A DNA stretch of 64,000 nt from a bacterium (lineage in GTDB: Bacteria > Patescibacteriota > Microgenomatia > Curtissbacterales > GWA2-41-24), in assembly GCA_021813945.1 (NCBI GenBank), contig JAKAJD010000003.1:109193-173192 (forward strand), written 5' to 3'. This document shows positions 9,765 through 19,614 of the stretch, one piece after another. Within the stretch, counting starts at the first letter, position 1. The number at the start of each line of letters is the position of its first letter. Under the pieces are notes generated by a model. It saw only the letters and a list, made by a program, of their open reading frames with translations. It ran no database searches and was not told where the DNA came from. The position numbers were made by a program, and so were the translations under genes.

Positions 9765-10469
9765 ATGAGCAATAAATCACTCGAAAAATCTGTTCCGCAA
9801 CACATTGTTATTATCCCTGACGGTAACCGTCGCTGGGCGAAAAAGCACGGATTGGAGCCAATTGAAGGCCACAAACAGGGTTTAGAGGCAGCAATGAATG
9901 TGGTCAAAGGTTCCAAGAACTTAGGTGTAAGAGTACTGACGCTTTGGGGATTTTCAACAGAAAATTGGCAAAGAACTAATAAAGAAGTCGGTTATCTTAT
10001 GCGAATCTACACTGTTTTTTTTAAAAAACACCTGAAGGAACTGGTAAAAGAGGGTGTGAAGTTTAATTGGGTTGGCAGGCGAGATCGGGTGCCAAAGCAA
10101 TTAAGAGAAATTTTGATTAAGCTGGAAAAAGCAACATCCAGAAACAAAAATTACATTCTTAATATTTGTATTGATTATGGCGGACATGACGAAATTATCA
10201 GAGCTGTTAAGAAAGTTTTGAAAAAGGGTGTTAAGCCTTCACAAATTACTGAAGATTTAATTTCCAAGAATTTGGACACGGCTGGTATACCAGATCCGGA
10301 TCTTTTGATTAGGACTTCGGGGGAGAAGAGGACGTCGGGAATCTTACCCTGGCAAACTTCTTATACAGAGCTTTTCTTTTCCAAGCTACTTTTCCCGGAT
10401 TTTTCGATGATTGAGCTTAAGCGCGCTTTAGATGATTACTCCTTAAGGCAGCGAAGATACGGGCAATAA
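9765..10469 (+). CDS. uppS: undecaprenyl diphosphate synthase (cis-prenyltransferase)
   Basis: IPDGNRRWA, FSTENW, LIRTSGExR and RRYG motifs. Confidence 0.96.
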   Translation: MSNKSLEKSVPQHIVIIPDGNRRWAKKHGLEPIEGHKQGLEAAMNVVKGSKNLGVRVLTLWGFSTENWQRTNKEVGYLMRIYTVFFKKHLKELVKEGVKFNWVGRRDRVPKQLREILIKLEKATSRNKNYILNICIDYGGHDEIIRAVKKVLKKGVKPSQITEDLISKNLDTAGIPDPDLLIRTSGEKRTSGILPWQTSYTELFFSKLLFPDFSMIELKRALDDYSLRQRRYGQ

Positions 10470-10476
10470 ACCCCCA

Positions 10477-10506
10477 TTGACAATAAATTTTGGCAGGATC
10501 TAAACT
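10477..10506 (+). promoter_or_regulatory. putative sigma70 promoter (leaderless-type)
   Basis: TTGACA-18 nt-TAAACT, 7 nt before in-frame GTG 10514. Confidence 0.55.
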
Positions 10507-10513
10507 GGATTCT

Positions 10514-11689
10514 GTGGTAGTAGAGCATGGCGACGATCGTGGGGTAATAGAGGGAGAAAAACCATTTCCCACAGACGGAATTTTTGGCCTAAAGAACAGA
10601 ATTGACGGACTTTATGATGTCGACAGGGAAATTGCTGCAAGGGTTCTAAGAGTAACTAATTCGTGGGGCAAGACTAATCCACCAGCTTCGATGGCTCCGT
10701 TTTTAGAAAGGGGCTTCGGGAGTGTTGAAAAAGTAGAAAACCAGCCAATCGTTAGAGTTGATGTAATTCCACTTGGTGAGGGAACATTGTTTAATCATTT
10801 AAGAAGCAGAAGGCCGGGAATGTCCTCTTTGGCGGATCTTGATGAGAAAGTTCAGGAGATAATTGATAGTTCACTTGCTAAGGGCGACGTTTTTGCAAAT
10901 CCTTTGGATGGAACTCCTGAATCGACCTGGGGAAGGCTTCAAGGAAACCATTCAGTTACTGCCGAAAATGTTGCCAAGTTTGACGGAGAACATTCTTTGG
11001 TAATTTTTAACCAGCCGCACCCTTTGAGATATGGCAGAGAAGAAGTTGTCGATTACCTGGAAACTGCTAAACGAGTTTGGGATGAGCAGAGAAGGCACGA
11101 TAAAGATGCTGAATACCCGTTTTTGATTTGGCAGGCAATGGGCAAATCTGCATCATCGGTCACCCATGGCCACATCCAGGTTGTTTCTGCAAGGGAAAGA
11201 CATTATCCAAAAGTTGACAGGTTGAGGACTCAGGCGGCTGATTATAAAGATAAATATGGAGCAAATTTTTGGACCGACTACGAACATTTACATGACAAGC
11301 TGGGCCTTATGATCAGAAGAAATGGTTCTTGTGTCATGGCTCACGTTGCACCGATTAAGGAGAAAGAAATTTGGATGTTGGGTATGGATTTTGATCGAGA
11401 ATTTATGAATGACACATTCGATTTGCTAGATGTTTATTTACACAGGTTGGGAGTCAGAAGTTTTACTTTATCTATTGCTAAGCCTCCGATTGCCACTACG
11501 GAAGAAATGCGAAGCAGGGGTGAGGATTGGTCAGAATTTCCTGTACTTTTAAGGTTGGTTGACAGGGGTGACCCAACTTCACCAACCGCTGATATAGGCG
11601 CAATGGAGCTTTATGCGGCTTCAGTTGTTGCTTCAGATCCGTATGATGTTAAACGTGTGCTTTCGGAGCATTGGGGCGAAGCGGCGTGA
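10514..11689 (+). CDS. GalT/HIT-superfamily nucleotidyltransferase-like protein
   Basis: HGHIQ (HxHxQ) motif; start inferred from promoter (ORF track gives 10490). Confidence 0.6.
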   Translation: MVVEHGDDRGVIEGEKPFPTDGIFGLKNRIDGLYDVDREIAARVLRVTNSWGKTNPPASMAPFLERGFGSVEKVENQPIVRVDVIPLGEGTLFNHLRSRRPGMSSLADLDEKVQEIIDSSLAKGDVFANPLDGTPESTWGRLQGNHSVTAENVAKFDGEHSLVIFNQPHPLRYGREEVVDYLETAKRVWDEQRRHDKDAEYPFLIWQAMGKSASSVTHGHIQVVSARERHYPKVDRLRTQAADYKDKYGANFWTDYEHLHDKLGLMIRRNGSCVMAHVAPIKEKEIWMLGMDFDREFMNDTFDLLDVYLHRLGVRSFTLSIAKPPIATTEEMRSRGEDWSEFPVLLRLVDRGDPTSPTADIGAMELYAASVVASDPYDVKRVLSEHWGEAA

Positions 11690-11707
11690 TAGAATTAAAA
11701 ATACTTT

Positions 11708-12754
11708 ATGGCAAATTCTCCGCACGAGTTCGATAAATCAAATTTAAGGCAGGCGATAGTCGATGCGCCGAAGCAGTTTGCTGCAGGCTTTGATGTTGCC
11801 AAAGATGCCAAAGTCGATGGCAATTTTGAACGCGTGGTCTTTTTCGGGGAAGGGGGATCGGCTTTTCCGGCTTCATTTGTAAAGATTTTAGCTGCAGACA
11901 AAAGATACGCTTCCGGTAAGTTACCGATAAGATTTATGCAGAATTACACCTACAACATTACGCCGGACAGTTTGGATCGAGCTCTGAATGTCGTTTGTTC
12001 TTATTCCGGTAATACAGAAGAGGCAATTTCCGTTTTAAATCAACTAATAGATAAAAAATTGCCGGTTGTTGGAATTGCGGCTGGTGGGCAGCTTGAGGAG
12101 ATTTGCCAGTCAAATAGTATCACGTTTGTAAAACTACCTATGCCAACGCCAACATTCCAACCGCGGATGGGATCAGGATACTTTGTGGGAGCAATTTTGC
12201 AAGTTTTGATAAACGCAAAACTGGCTGAGGATTTTTCTTCCGAAATTATAAAAAGTGCCGAAGGATTTTCTTCTAAGATGGAAGACTATGAATCTAGGGG
12301 TCAGGATTTGGCGTCCAAAATTGCAGGCAAAACACCGCTTATTTGGGCAAACCAAATGTACAAAGAATTGGCACGGGTTTGGACGATTAAATTTAACGAA
12401 CATGCCAAAAATCCGGCATTTTTTCACTTTTTTTCGGAGCTAAACCATAATTTAATGGTCGGGATGACCCATCATGGGGAAAATTATTTTGCGATTATGC
12501 TCAAAGATCCGGCGGATGACCCTAGAAATCTAAGGCGGTATGAAATTACTGCCGATATTTTAAAAACTTACAATATGGGTTCGGAGATTATAGAAATTGA
12601 GGGATCAACAATTTTTGAAAAACTTTTTAATTCTGTATATCTTGCCGATTTCGCGGCATATTACTTGGCTGAAAAAAACCAAGAGGACCCAACTCCTGTT
12701 GTAATGGTTGAGGAGCTCAAAAGACGTTTGGATCCAAATTTTGGCAAAAAATAA
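11708..12754 (+). CDS. bifunctional phosphoglucose/phosphomannose isomerase (SIS domain)
   Basis: GEGGS, SYSGNTEE, QPR, NExAK and ELNHN motifs. Confidence 0.88.
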   Translation: MANSPHEFDKSNLRQAIVDAPKQFAAGFDVAKDAKVDGNFERVVFFGEGGSAFPASFVKILAADKRYASGKLPIRFMQNYTYNITPDSLDRALNVVCSYSGNTEEAISVLNQLIDKKLPVVGIAAGGQLEEICQSNSITFVKLPMPTPTFQPRMGSGYFVGAILQVLINAKLAEDFSSEIIKSAEGFSSKMEDYESRGQDLASKIAGKTPLIWANQMYKELARVWTIKFNEHAKNPAFFHFFSELNHNLMVGMTHHGENYFAIMLKDPADDPRNLRRYEITADILKTYNMGSEIIEIEGSTIFEKLFNSVYLADFAAYYLAEKNQEDPTPVVMVEELKRRLDPNFGKK

Positions 12755-12756
12755 TA

Positions 12757-13215
12757 ATGGATATTAGGTATGCCAAAGAGAGCGATGAGAGCCAAATACT
12801 TGCTCTTTTGGATCAGTTGATATCGGAAGTTAATTTAAGGGGTGGTTTTACAAAATCTACTGAGGGCGAAACTCCAAGGCGAAAAATCTTCAAAGAAATG
12901 ATGGCCCGCAAGGATACCATCATGATTGTTGCTGAAGAAAAAGGCAAGCTATTGGGTTTTGTTGATTTTTTTATAATGCCTATTGTCAGACGTGGTTATT
13001 ACAACGTGCATATTGAAGATTTTGTGGTAGATGAGTCGGCTCGCGGTAAAGGCGTTGGTACCGCAATTCTTAAAAAAGTGGTTAGCCTTTGCAAGGAAAA
13101 AGGTTTTAAAGTTGTTAAGCTTGACAGCGGTTTGGAGCTTACATCTGCTCACAAATTTTATGAAAAGAACGGTTTCAAATTTACCGAAAAAATGTTCAGG
13201 CTCGATATAATATAG
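12757..13215 (+). CDS. GNAT acetyltransferase
   Basis: VVDxxARGKGVG and FYEKNGF motifs. Confidence 0.85.
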   Translation: MDIRYAKESDESQILALLDQLISEVNLRGGFTKSTEGETPRRKIFKEMMARKDTIMIVAEEKGKLLGFVDFFIMPIVRRGYYNVHIEDFVVDESARGKGVGTAILKKVVSLCKEKGFKVVKLDSGLELTSAHKFYEKNGFKFTEKMFRLDII

Positions 13216-13320
13216 CCTATAAGATTCAATTGTGGTATAATTTTAGCCACGAAACTTATTCATCGAATGATGTTTGTGAAAGTACTAGCCACTAGTTACT
13301 TGTGACTAGAAACTAATTTT

Positions 13321-15102
13321 ATGTGTGGAATATTTGGCTATATAGGAAAAAGAAACGATGCGGCTGAGGTGGTTTTAGACGGCCTCAAAAAGCTTGAGTA
13401 TCGAGGGTACGATTCGTGGGGAATTGCGGTTTCAAAGTCAAAAGTTCAAGTCAAAACTCAAAATTTAGTAATAGAAAAACATGTAGGAAAGATTGGAAAC
13501 GGGAAAGTTAATTTGCCAAAAAGCAACGTCGGAATAGGGCATACCCGTTGGGCTACACATGGAGGGGTAACAGTTGCCAACGCTCATCCCCAGATTGATT
13601 GCACGGGCAAAGTAGCCGTTGTCCATAACGGGATAGTTGAAAATTTTCAGGATTTAAAATCGGAGCTTATATCAAAGGGCCATAAATTTGTTTCCCAGAC
13701 AGACACAGAAGTGATTGCGCATTTAGTTGAAGAATTTTCCCAAAAAGAGTCTTTTTCTGAGTCTGTCAGGCAAACTTTTCTAAAGCTTGCCGGTCTTAAC
13801 GCGGTGGTTATTTTGGGAGCAGACTCAGGAGAAATTGTTGCGGCAAAAAACGGCTCGCCGCTTATTGCCGGGAAGGGAGTCGGAGAGTTTTTTATAGCTT
13901 CTGATGCTGCCGGAATTATCAAGCATACCAGGGAAATCCTTTTTATTGAAGATAACCAAATGTTGGTTTTAGGCGATGATTTGAGGCTTTTTGACTTGGG
14001 AAGCGGCAAAGAAATGAAACCGCATTATCAAACCATAGATTGGAAATTCGAAGACAGCCAAAAAGGGGAATTCAAGCACTTTTTCCTCAAAGAAATTTAT
14101 GAACAGCCAAGGATATTGGAAAATATGGCGGTTAATTCAACAGATCAAATCGAAAAACTGGCCGAAATGATTAAGGAAGCTTACGGTACTTACTTTATAG
14201 CTTGTGGCTCAGCTTCTTATAGTGCTTTAGCGGGAACTTATCTTTTTTCAAAACTTGCCAAAAAGCACGTCAATTTTGCCATTGGTTCCGAATTTAACTA
14301 CCTTGAGGATTTCATTAAAAAGGGCTCACTTGTAATTCCCGTTTCTCAAAGCGGAGAGTCGATCGATGTAATTCAACCTGTAGCGCGGGCCAAACAAAAG
14401 GGTGCCAAGATTGCCTCAATTGTTAACGTTTTAGGTTCGACCCTTTACAGGGAAGGGGATTTTAAAGTGCTTCTTTCTTCCGGACCGGAAAAAGCGGTAG
14501 TTGCAACTAAAAGTTTAACTGCCATGTTTGCGACAATGATTCTTTCGGCATACTGCCTGATTGGAAAGATTAAAACCGGTCAAAAGTTGATTTTAAAAGC
14601 TGCGAAAAATGTAAGTCTAATTTTAGACGAAAAATATTCCACTAAGATCAAAAAACTTGCAAAACAACTTAAGTCAAAAAGTCATATTTACGTTTTGGGA
14701 AGAGGACTTTCTTATGCAACTGCACTGGAAGCTACTTTGAAGCTAAAGGAGGCTTCCTACATCCATGCTGAAGGTTTTGCCGGAGGAGAGTTGAAACATG
14801 GAGTGATTGCTTTAATCGAAAAGGGAACGCCTTGTATTGTATTTGCACCGAATGACGAAACTTACAATGAGATTATTTCGAATGCGGCAGAAGTTAAGGC
14901 AAGGGGCGGCTTTATTATTGGTATTGGGCCTGTTAATAATCAGGTTTTTGACAAGTGGTTGGAAACCGACGATTGTGGTGAGGCAACCGCTATTCCCCAA
15001 ATTGTCATTTCCCAACTTTTGGCATATTATTTGGCGCTCGGGAAAGGCATAACTGATCCTGACAAGCCTCGTAATTTAGCTAAATCTGTAACTGTGAAGT
15101 AA
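13321..15102 (+). CDS. glmS: glutamine--fructose-6-phosphate aminotransferase
   Basis: MCGIFG, GHTRWATHG, SQSGES and PRNLAKSVTV motifs. Confidence 0.97.
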   Translation: MCGIFGYIGKRNDAAEVVLDGLKKLEYRGYDSWGIAVSKSKVQVKTQNLVIEKHVGKIGNGKVNLPKSNVGIGHTRWATHGGVTVANAHPQIDCTGKVAVVHNGIVENFQDLKSELISKGHKFVSQTDTEVIAHLVEEFSQKESFSESVRQTFLKLAGLNAVVILGADSGEIVAAKNGSPLIAGKGVGEFFIASDAAGIIKHTREILFIEDNQMLVLGDDLRLFDLGSGKEMKPHYQTIDWKFEDSQKGEFKHFFLKEIYEQPRILENMAVNSTDQIEKLAEMIKEAYGTYFIACGSASYSALAGTYLFSKLAKKHVNFAIGSEFNYLEDFIKKGSLVIPVSQSGESIDVIQPVARAKQKGAKIASIVNVLGSTLYREGDFKVLLSSGPEKAVVATKSLTAMFATMILSAYCLIGKIKTGQKLILKAAKNVSLILDEKYSTKIKKLAKQLKSKSHIYVLGRGLSYATALEATLKLKEASYIHAEGFAGGELKHGVIALIEKGTPCIVFAPNDETYNEIISNAAEVKARGGFIIGIGPVNNQVFDKWLETDDCGEATAIPQIVISQLLAYYLALGKGITDPDKPRNLAKSVTVK

Positions 15103-15114
15103 TTTCAATCTTAT

Positions 15115-15720
15115 ATGACTGTAGAAGTTGATCAACCAGAAAAAAGAGATTCTTTAGTCCGATACAAACCTTGTATAATTGTGATTTCCGGTCCCACACT
15201 GGGTGGAAAAAGCACGTTGGCAAGAGCGATTGAGGAGAGATCAAATTTTCAAGTACTTGATGGGGATGTTGCTAGAGCTTCACTTTTACCCGAAGGAGCA
15301 GATCCAACAGTAAGACGTGATTTTGGTAGCGAAAAGGCGTCAATGCTATGTGCTTACCGGCTAAATCATGCTATTGCTAGGGAATTACTTGGTCTGGGAG
15401 TGCCAGTTTTGCTTGCCGCTTCGTATTCGCAGGATTATTACCATCTAATGCTTTCCAATCTTAAAGCACAAACCGGTGTTCCTATGCGGGCATTTTATGT
15501 CGAGGCACCGGCAGAGCAGGTTTTTAACCGCCTAGAATCGCGCAATTTGCAAGATCCCATTTCTAACGTAAGGACTCTTGGGGATTACGAATTTCAGCTA
15601 GGGAGGTTTCATCCAATTCAGGGAATTGATTTGGAGAGATTAGATATACATAAACCAATAGCTGAATTGGTAGAGGATGTGGTGAGAGCAACAGCAGGCC
15701 TTCAAGAAGGTGGAATTTGA
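15115..15720 (+). CDS. P-loop kinase (AAA_33-like), substrate unknown
   Basis: SGPTLGGKST Walker A; RxxxR lid. Confidence 0.65.
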   Translation: MTVEVDQPEKRDSLVRYKPCIIVISGPTLGGKSTLARAIEERSNFQVLDGDVARASLLPEGADPTVRRDFGSEKASMLCAYRLNHAIARELLGLGVPVLLAASYSQDYYHLMLSNLKAQTGVPMRAFYVEAPAEQVFNRLESRNLQDPISNVRTLGDYEFQLGRFHPIQGIDLERLDIHKPIAELVEDVVRATAGLQEGGI

Positions 15721-16238
15721 TGAAGCTTAACGCCAAACAGCTGAGGGTGAGTGAACCTAAACCGTCTGAGCTTAAAAAGGTTAAAAGACGACCGATTTAT
15801 ATCGTTTGCGACAACGTACTGGACACATACAACATCGGCTCGATATTTCGGCTTGCAGAGGCTGTAGCGGCCTCAGAAGTGTATCTGTGCGGTGCAAGCG
15901 AGACTCCGCCTAACAGCCGGATTGCCAAGGCGGCAGTGGGCACGGAAAAGTGGGTTAAATGGAAGCACTTTGGTAGCGCAAAAGCGGCAATTTCAAAACT
16001 CAAATCGCAAAATTCAAAAATAAAAGTAATTGCGATAGAGCAGGGTAATGGCAGTATCGATTTTCGCAAGGCAGACTACAGCTTGCCGGTTGCCTTTGTC
16101 GTTGGGCATGAGACAGATGGAGTTTCAAAAGAAGCATTAGCGCTATGTGATGAAATTGTCGAAATCCCCATGTTTGGAGTAAACATTTCCCTCAACGTTA
16201 TGGTTTCTTTGGCGATAGTACTTTTTAGGGCAATTTAG
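15720..16238 (+). CDS. SpoU/TrmH family RNA methyltransferase
   Basis: NIGSIFR, GHETDG and IPMxG..SLNV motifs. Confidence 0.88.
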   Translation: MKLNAKQLRVSEPKPSELKKVKRRPIYIVCDNVLDTYNIGSIFRLAEAVAASEVYLCGASETPPNSRIAKAAVGTEKWVKWKHFGSAKAAISKLKSQNSKIKVIAIEQGNGSIDFRKADYSLPVAFVVGHETDGVSKEALALCDEIVEIPMFGVNISLNVMVSLAIVLFRAI

Positions 16239-16243
16239 CTTTT

Positions 16244-16771
16244 TTATTTAGAAACCTCGTAGATTTTGGTTTGGCAAGTAGCTTTGGGCGCTTGTCCTTG
16301 GGGATCTTTTGCGTTTTCCAGGCAGGCAAACAGAATATATCCTGTGCATGTGGCAGTACAACCAATGGGTCTGCCTTGATAAAGATAAATGTAAGGCGGT
16401 TTGTTTAGGGGGTCTTTAGGAAGTTTGGACATGGCTCCAGTTTTAACCATTGTAGATTCTGTAATGTCACCGGGATAGTATTTCTGGTCTTGGGTTCTGG
16501 GTCTTATACTTTCCAATGCTTTTTGTAGATCCTGGATATCTGCTTTTCTTTGTGAATCGCGCTGTTTTGCCTGCCAGGCTTTGTAATAACGCTGGCCGAA
16601 GATTACAGCAGCAGCGATTACCAGAAGAAGGATCAGGATTATTATTATTTTTTTTATTAATCCGAAAGTTGCTTTTTTGGTTTTGGGTGGTTGGGAGTTG
16701 ATTGGGGTAGCTGATTCGGCTTGAGCCGGCTGAGAAGGCTGGATATTAGAAAGCGGATTATTTTCGTCCAT
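16244..16771 (-). CDS. pilin/pseudopilin-like protein without a canonical prepilin cleavage site
   Basis: TM helix, RDSQRKADI, LPKDP and ACLEN shared with neighbouring pilins. Confidence 0.6.
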   Translation of the reverse strand: MDENNPLSNIQPSQPAQAESATPINSQPPKTKKATFGLIKKIIIILILLLVIAAAVIFGQRYYKAWQAKQRDSQRKADIQDLQKALESIRPRTQDQKYYPGDITESTMVKTGAMSKLPKDPLNKPPYIYLYQGRPIGCTATCTGYILFACLENAKDPQGQAPKATCQTKIYEVSK

Positions 16772-16817
16772 TAACAATACAATAAGGTATTTTAGGTTTC
16801 AGTTCAAGGAAGCTAAG

Positions 16818-17318
16818 TTAGAAGGGGCAAACTACGTAAGTTGATGCAATATATGCAGGTGGAACTGGAGCTGTCCAACCGCCTGGAGCAGGACACTGTG
16901 TTTGGGAATCGGCAATTTGCAGATCGGCAGTGTTTTCAAAAGTTGCAGTTAAACGGTAGTCAGTACATTGTGATGGCGACCCACAAGGTAATGGAGCAGT
17001 TCCGGGCCCCGGATAATATAGGTAGGCGGCGCCAGTCTGCGGGTCGGTAGGAACATTTTTGATATATGGAGGAGTTGCACTAGACAGACTGCTAGTTGTA
17101 CTACCATAGTATTTAGCTCCAGTAGAATCAGCTTTTTGCAGTTCAAAAGCTTTTCTGATTGCGTCCAAATCCGCTTTTCTCCTGGCGTCGCGGCTTTTTT
17201 GCTGGGCGCTAGTGAAAGAGGCAACAATGAAGGCTGCCAGAATACCAATGATAGTAATTACAACCAGAAGCTCAATTAAAGTGAAACCACGCTTGTTAAG
17301 GGTTTTTGATCTGTTCAT
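16818..17318 (-). CDS. type IV pilin-like protein
   Basis: RG|FTLIELLVV class III signal; RDARRKADL. Confidence 0.88.
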   Translation of the reverse strand: MNRSKTLNKRGFTLIELLVVITIIGILAAFIVASFTSAQQKSRDARRKADLDAIRKAFELQKADSTGAKYYGSTTSSLSSATPPYIKNVPTDPQTGAAYLYYPGPGTAPLPCGSPSQCTDYRLTATFENTADLQIADSQTQCPAPGGWTAPVPPAYIASTYVVCPF

Positions 17319-17328
17319 AATATCGTTT

Positions 17329-17844
17329 CTATTGAGCACAGACGAAATAGTAACCGGCAGTTAGTGCAACAGTGGCGGCTGAAATATTACAGCCAGTGCG
17401 GGAAGTACCACTAACTAATGGAGATCCATTATCTCCGGACGGGTCGTTTGTGTTTTCTAATGTCGCTCGTAGCCTAAAGTCGGTACAACCACCATTGGGC
17501 CAAGCAGTTGCATTGCAGGTGCCGGCCCCATTGTAGACATATTGTGTTGATGATGATGATGGGTCTGCTGGTACAGCTTTCATATAAGTTGTAGTTATGA
17601 CTCCCGGGTAAGCTGTCACTGCTTCATTGGGGTAATAAGCTGAACCTTTTGAATCGTTTTTCATAAGGGCGAGTGCTTTCTTGACGGCATCAAGATCCGC
17701 TTTTCTTCTGGCATCACGGCTTTTCATCTGAGCTGATGTGAACGAGGCAACGATGAAGGCGGCTAAAATACCAATAATGGAGATTACAACTAGAAGTTCA
17801 ATTAATGTGAAACCACGTTTCTTAAATTGTTGGACAGGACGCAT
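17329..17844 (-). CDS. type IV pilin-like protein
   Basis: RG|FTLIELLVV class III signal. Confidence 0.9.
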   Translation of the reverse strand: MRPVQQFKKRGFTLIELLVVISIIGILAAFIVASFTSAQMKSRDARRKADLDAVKKALALMKNDSKGSAYYPNEAVTAYPGVITTTYMKAVPADPSSSSTQYVYNGAGTCNATAWPNGGCTDFRLRATLENTNDPSGDNGSPLVSGTSRTGCNISAATVALTAGYYFVCAQ

Positions 17845-17910
17845 TAATTTAAGCGTATTACTAACGGATAATTCTTGTCAAGAGGTCGAAAAAGGGAAAT
17901 TTGAGGCTAT

Positions 17911-18831
17911 TTAATCCTCTTTTTTTCTCGAAGCGCTAAGAGCATATGCTCCAGCTACAAATGTCAATGTGGCTGCTGCAGCACCAGCACCGATTTCGAC
18001 CATTGTATTCCGTGAAGAGTGGCTAACACTTGTTTTTGGCAAGTTTTCCAGATCTGGTTGAGAGGCGACGCCACCGACGCCAGGAACACGAGTTGGAGTG
18101 GGTGAGGCAGCAATTGGGCCCATCACCTGTACGCTGTCAATGTACTCTAATCCTTTAATGCCAGTTGTTGTAGTGCCACCTGAACCTGAGATACCGACTT
18201 CGATTGTTCCCGATACAGTATTAGCTGGAATTGCTATACCGCTTGGACCGTAGGTCCTTGAAAATTGCTCCCATTGATCCGGACCTTTTGCATGTGCTGG
18301 GCTGAAGGTGTCAGTTCCTGTAACATTTCCGCCTGCGTCTTTCCAGGTGACTTTTGTTTGAGGTTTGACAGTTACGCCTGGCTCTTTTGTTTCATAGGCT
18401 GCGGCAAATTGGTCTGTTATTGTTTGGTCTGGGGTAGCGGAGAAGCTTGCGGTGTATCTTAAACCGTTTGTAGCGAACGTTGTACCATTCGCAGAATAGC
18501 CAACCTCAACGGCACTGTTACCGGTGAAGTCAACTAAGGGTGGGGGATTTCCCGCGCAGTGATAAACTGGTGGAAAGCTCGGGTCATTTACTATCTGGTT
18601 CCAGTCTGGAGGTGATTGCAGGGGGCATGTAGCCGATTCAAAGTCACCTTTTGTGTTCAAAAGATCTGTTTGTGTTTGGGCATTTACATCTACTGCACCA
18701 AGGGCGGCGAGCACTGCTGTTAAAGCTGCGCTAATATGAGGAACTTTGCTTAAATAAGAGCGTCTTTTTCTGCTGTGATTTTCGGTGACTGCTTTTTGAG
18801 ATAGTCTACTTGCTTCGTTTTCTATATTCAT
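17911..18831 (-). CDS. secreted protein with C-terminal anchor
   Basis: signal peptide, beta-rich domain (LLNTKGDFE), SPTPT linker, LPKTS, TM and basic tail. Confidence 0.7.
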   Translation of the reverse strand: MNIENEASRLSQKAVTENHSRKRRSYLSKVPHISAALTAVLAALGAVDVNAQTQTDLLNTKGDFESATCPLQSPPDWNQIVNDPSFPPVYHCAGNPPPLVDFTGNSAVEVGYSANGTTFATNGLRYTASFSATPDQTITDQFAAAYETKEPGVTVKPQTKVTWKDAGGNVTGTDTFSPAHAKGPDQWEQFSRTYGPSGIAIPANTVSGTIEVGISGSGGTTTTGIKGLEYIDSVQVMGPIAASPTPTRVPGVGGVASQPDLENLPKTSVSHSSRNTMVEIGAGAAAATLTFVAGAYALSASRKKED

Positions 18832-18885
18832 TTCAACTGGGTATTTTATCTTTAAATCCTATTAATGTCAAAAAACAAACAACTA

Positions 18886-19455
18886 TTATGGGTTACAGAC
18901 ATAATAAAAACCTGCCCCAAGAGCAGCTGTGATTCCACAAGCTGCACCAGAGGTTCCCTGCACTAATGGAGATCCATTATCTCCTGATGGGTCGTTGGTA
19001 TTTTCCAAGGTTGCCCTCAGGTAGAATGTTGTATAACTGTCTGGTTTTCCACTCCCATCATCAGGACAGGCTGTTGCTCTGGAAAGTGTTGTGGCGCTGT
19101 AATAGTAAGTATTTGGGCTGGACTGGGTTGGGTCTTGTGGTGCACTTTTTAGGTATTTTAAGGTTGCAAGATATGATGAGATACTGGTGTATTGAACGTT
19201 CCCATTTATTGCTGATCGAAGTGGATAACCTCCTCCCGTGCAGTCGTTGCTGATAAGCACAAGGGCTTTTTTGACGGCATCCAGGTCGGCTTTTCTTCGG
19301 GCGTCACGGCTTTTCATTTGGGCAGAGGTAAAAGAGGCGACGATGAAGGCGGCGAGAATACCTATTATAGAGATAACTACAAGGAGCTCAATGAGGGTAA
19401 AGCCTGGTTTCCAATTTTTAATTTGTAATTTGTAATTTGTAATTTGGCAGGTCAT
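18886..19455 (-). CDS. type IV pilin-like protein
   Basis: PG|FTLIELLVV; start moved to ATG 19455 from promoter spacing. Confidence 0.88.
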   Translation of the reverse strand: MTCQITNYKLQIKNWKPGFTLIELLVVISIIGILAAFIVASFTSAQMKSRDARRKADLDAVKKALVLISNDCTGGGYPLRSAINGNVQYTSISSYLATLKYLKSAPQDPTQSSPNTYYYSATTLSRATACPDDGSGKPDSYTTFYLRATLENTNDPSGDNGSPLVQGTSGAACGITAALGAGFYYVCNP

Positions 19456-19475
19456 ACTCTTCAGCGTAAAGGGTG

Positions 19476-19504
19476 TTGACAATAGAAGTCAAGGAAGTTA
19501 GAAT
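19476..19504 (+). promoter_or_regulatory. sigma70 promoter upstream of the 16S leader
   Basis: TTGACA-17 nt-TAGAAT. Confidence 0.7.
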
Positions 19505-19578
19505 TCTTTTCGCTGCATTATATATATGGTAATGTAGTTGCGGCCTGGAAAGCCGTAGGAAAACTTGAAAACGGACCT

Positions 19579-19614
19579 AAAACTAGAATCTGTTTCAAGC
19601 TTCTAGTTTTTTTT
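19579..19614 (+). terminator. terminator-like hairpin in the 16S leader region
   Basis: AAAACTAGAA/TTCTAGTTTT stem followed by a T-run. Confidence 0.5.

Noticed and set aside
13216-13320. glmS ribozyme upstream of glmS
   Set aside because: Only about 75 nt of leader, with one hairpin and heptamer repeats; no ribozyme core seen
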